A program made the position numbers and the translations under genes. Below, one piece after another: positions 63,201 to 64,000 of a stretch of DNA of 64,000 nucleotides (its first letter is position 1; every line of letters starts with the position of its first letter). This DNA comes from Eledone cirrhosa (Eukaryota), in contig OZ024742.1 of NCBI GenBank assembly GCA_964016885.1, forward strand, positions 166,904,001 to 166,968,000, written 5' to 3'. The notes beneath the pieces were generated by a model. It was not told the DNA's origin and searched no databases. It saw only the letters and a program-made list of their open reading frames with translations.

Positions 63201-64000
63201 CGTCCAAGGGGAGATAATTTCCAGCCGTCCAAGGGGACATAAATTTTTTAAAAAAATCAGGCGGAGATAATTTGTAAAAAAAATCAGGGGGAGATAAATT
63301 GTAAAAAAAAATCAGGGGGAGATAATTTGTAAAAAAAATCAGGGGGAGATAATTTCCAGCCGTCCAAGGTAAGATAATTTCCAGCCCTCCAAGGGGCTAT
63401 AATTTCCAGCATCCAAGGGGAGATAATTTCCAGCCGTCCAAGGGTAGATAATATCCAGCCGTCCAAGTAGACATATATTCCAGCCGTCCAAGGAGAGGTA
63501 ATTTCTAGCCGTCCAAGGGGAGATAAATTCCAGCCTCCAAGGGGAGATAATTTCCAGCCAGCCAAGGGGAGATAATTTGTAAAAAAATCAGGGGGAGATA
63601 ATTTGTAAAAAAAATCAGGGGGAGATAATTTGTAAAAAAAAATCAGGGGGAGATAATTTGTAAAAAAAAATCAGGGGGAGATAATTTCCAGCCGTCCAAG
63701 GGGAGATAATTTTCAGCCGTCCAAGGGTAGATAATATCCAGCCGTCCAAGTAGACATTTTCCAGCCGTCCAAGGAGAGGTAATTTCTAGCCGTCCAAGGG
63801 GAGATAAATTCCAGCCTCCAAGGGGAGATAATTTCCAGCCAGCCAAGGGGAGATAATTTGTAAAAAAATCAGGGGGAGATAATTTGTAAAAAAAATCAGG
63901 GGGAGATAATTAGTAAAAAAAAATCAGGGGGAGATAATTTGTAAAAAAAAATCAGGGGGAGATAATTTGTAAAAAAAATCAAGGGGAGATAATTTCCAGC

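Larger units (their letters stand above)
1..64000 (+). repeat. Composite tandem satellite array of two related monomers (25 bp type A; 26-29 bp type B) in alternating blocks, extending beyond both window edges
   Basis: The core GGGGAGATAATTT or a close variant recurs every 21-30 bp from start to end, always on the + strand. It is followed by either CCAGCCGTCC or GT(A)nTC. No non-repeat interval was seen. Confidence 0.99.
19870..64000 (+). repeat. ~26.2 kb near-perfect tandem duplication (copy 1 ~19870-45600; copy 2 ~45600 to beyond the window end, matching copy 1 up to ~37790)
   Basis: Offsets 25730, 25757, 25892, 26210, then a constant 26211 for ORF pairs from 24973/51184 to 37432/63643. 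Private variants GAGATTATTTCC...CGTCTAAGG occur at ~20013 and ~45743. Confidence 0.95.

Noticed and set aside
204-63846. All minus-strand ORFs (60-266 aa; WKLSPLGRLEIISPWTAGNYLPLDG and FFYKLSPPD repeats) as protein-coding genes
   Set aside because: They are frame-cycling translations of the 25-bp and 27-bp monomers. They overlap in several frames, start at TTG/CTG-type codons inside repeats, and are broken by A-tract length changes and 25-bp monomer indels that do not preserve frame. The stop-poor minus strand explains them fully.
1-64000. CRISPR array (constant repeat plus variable spacer)
   Set aside because: The constant part is only 13 bp and the intervening parts are two recurring 10-14 bp tails, not unique spacers. 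There is no leader and no cas gene.
1-64000. Telomerase-synthesised telomeric repeat with a long 25-bp unit
   Set aside because: It has G-strand bias, but two monomer types and variants inherited in multi-kb blocks indicate recombinational amplification rather than templated addition. It matches no telomere motif I recognise. A subtelomeric location is not excluded.
1-64000. Plasmid or phage iterons, or Shine-Dalgarno-like GGAG arrays
   Set aside because: No rep or other gene is present, the copy number is orders of magnitude above iteron clusters, and GGAG is not followed by start codons and + strand ORFs.
1-64000. Pure sequencing or assembly noise, or a synthetic concatemer
   Set aside because: Variants are hierarchically shared with graded divergence across nested duplications, as expected of an evolved array. 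Only the most identical duplications (4.9 and 26.2 kb) remain open to artefact.

Overview
The whole 64 kb window is one uninterrupted, single-orientation composite satellite array of roughly 2,400-2,500 monomers (64,000 / ~26 bp). I see no gene, RNA gene, mobile element, CRISPR array or unique sequence. Two monomer types share the core GGGGAGATAATTT. Type A is AAGGGGAGATAATTTCCAGCCGTCC (25 bp). Type B is AGGGGGAGATAATTTGT(A)7-10TC (26-29 bp). They occur in alternating blocks of 1 to about 10 units. The A blocks fall into a few stereotyped modules with fixed variant order. These modules are reshuffled and amplified in nested duplications with periods of about 0.18, 1.25, 3.39, 4.94, 8.44 and 26.2 kb, plus a match at a 17.36 kb offset. 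All listed ORFs are by-products of the repeat's strand-biased stop codons. I do not recognise the satellite family or the organism; a eukaryotic heterochromatic, centromeric or subtelomeric satellite is the most likely identity, by inference only. I found no new gene system. The points of interest are architectural: a block-switch grammar, constant-length TnAm junctions with a moving boundary, inherited A-tract length patterns, and an AGATAA motif in almost every unit. Duplication endpoints were placed by eye and from ORF-track offsets and are approximate (about +/-50-100 bp).
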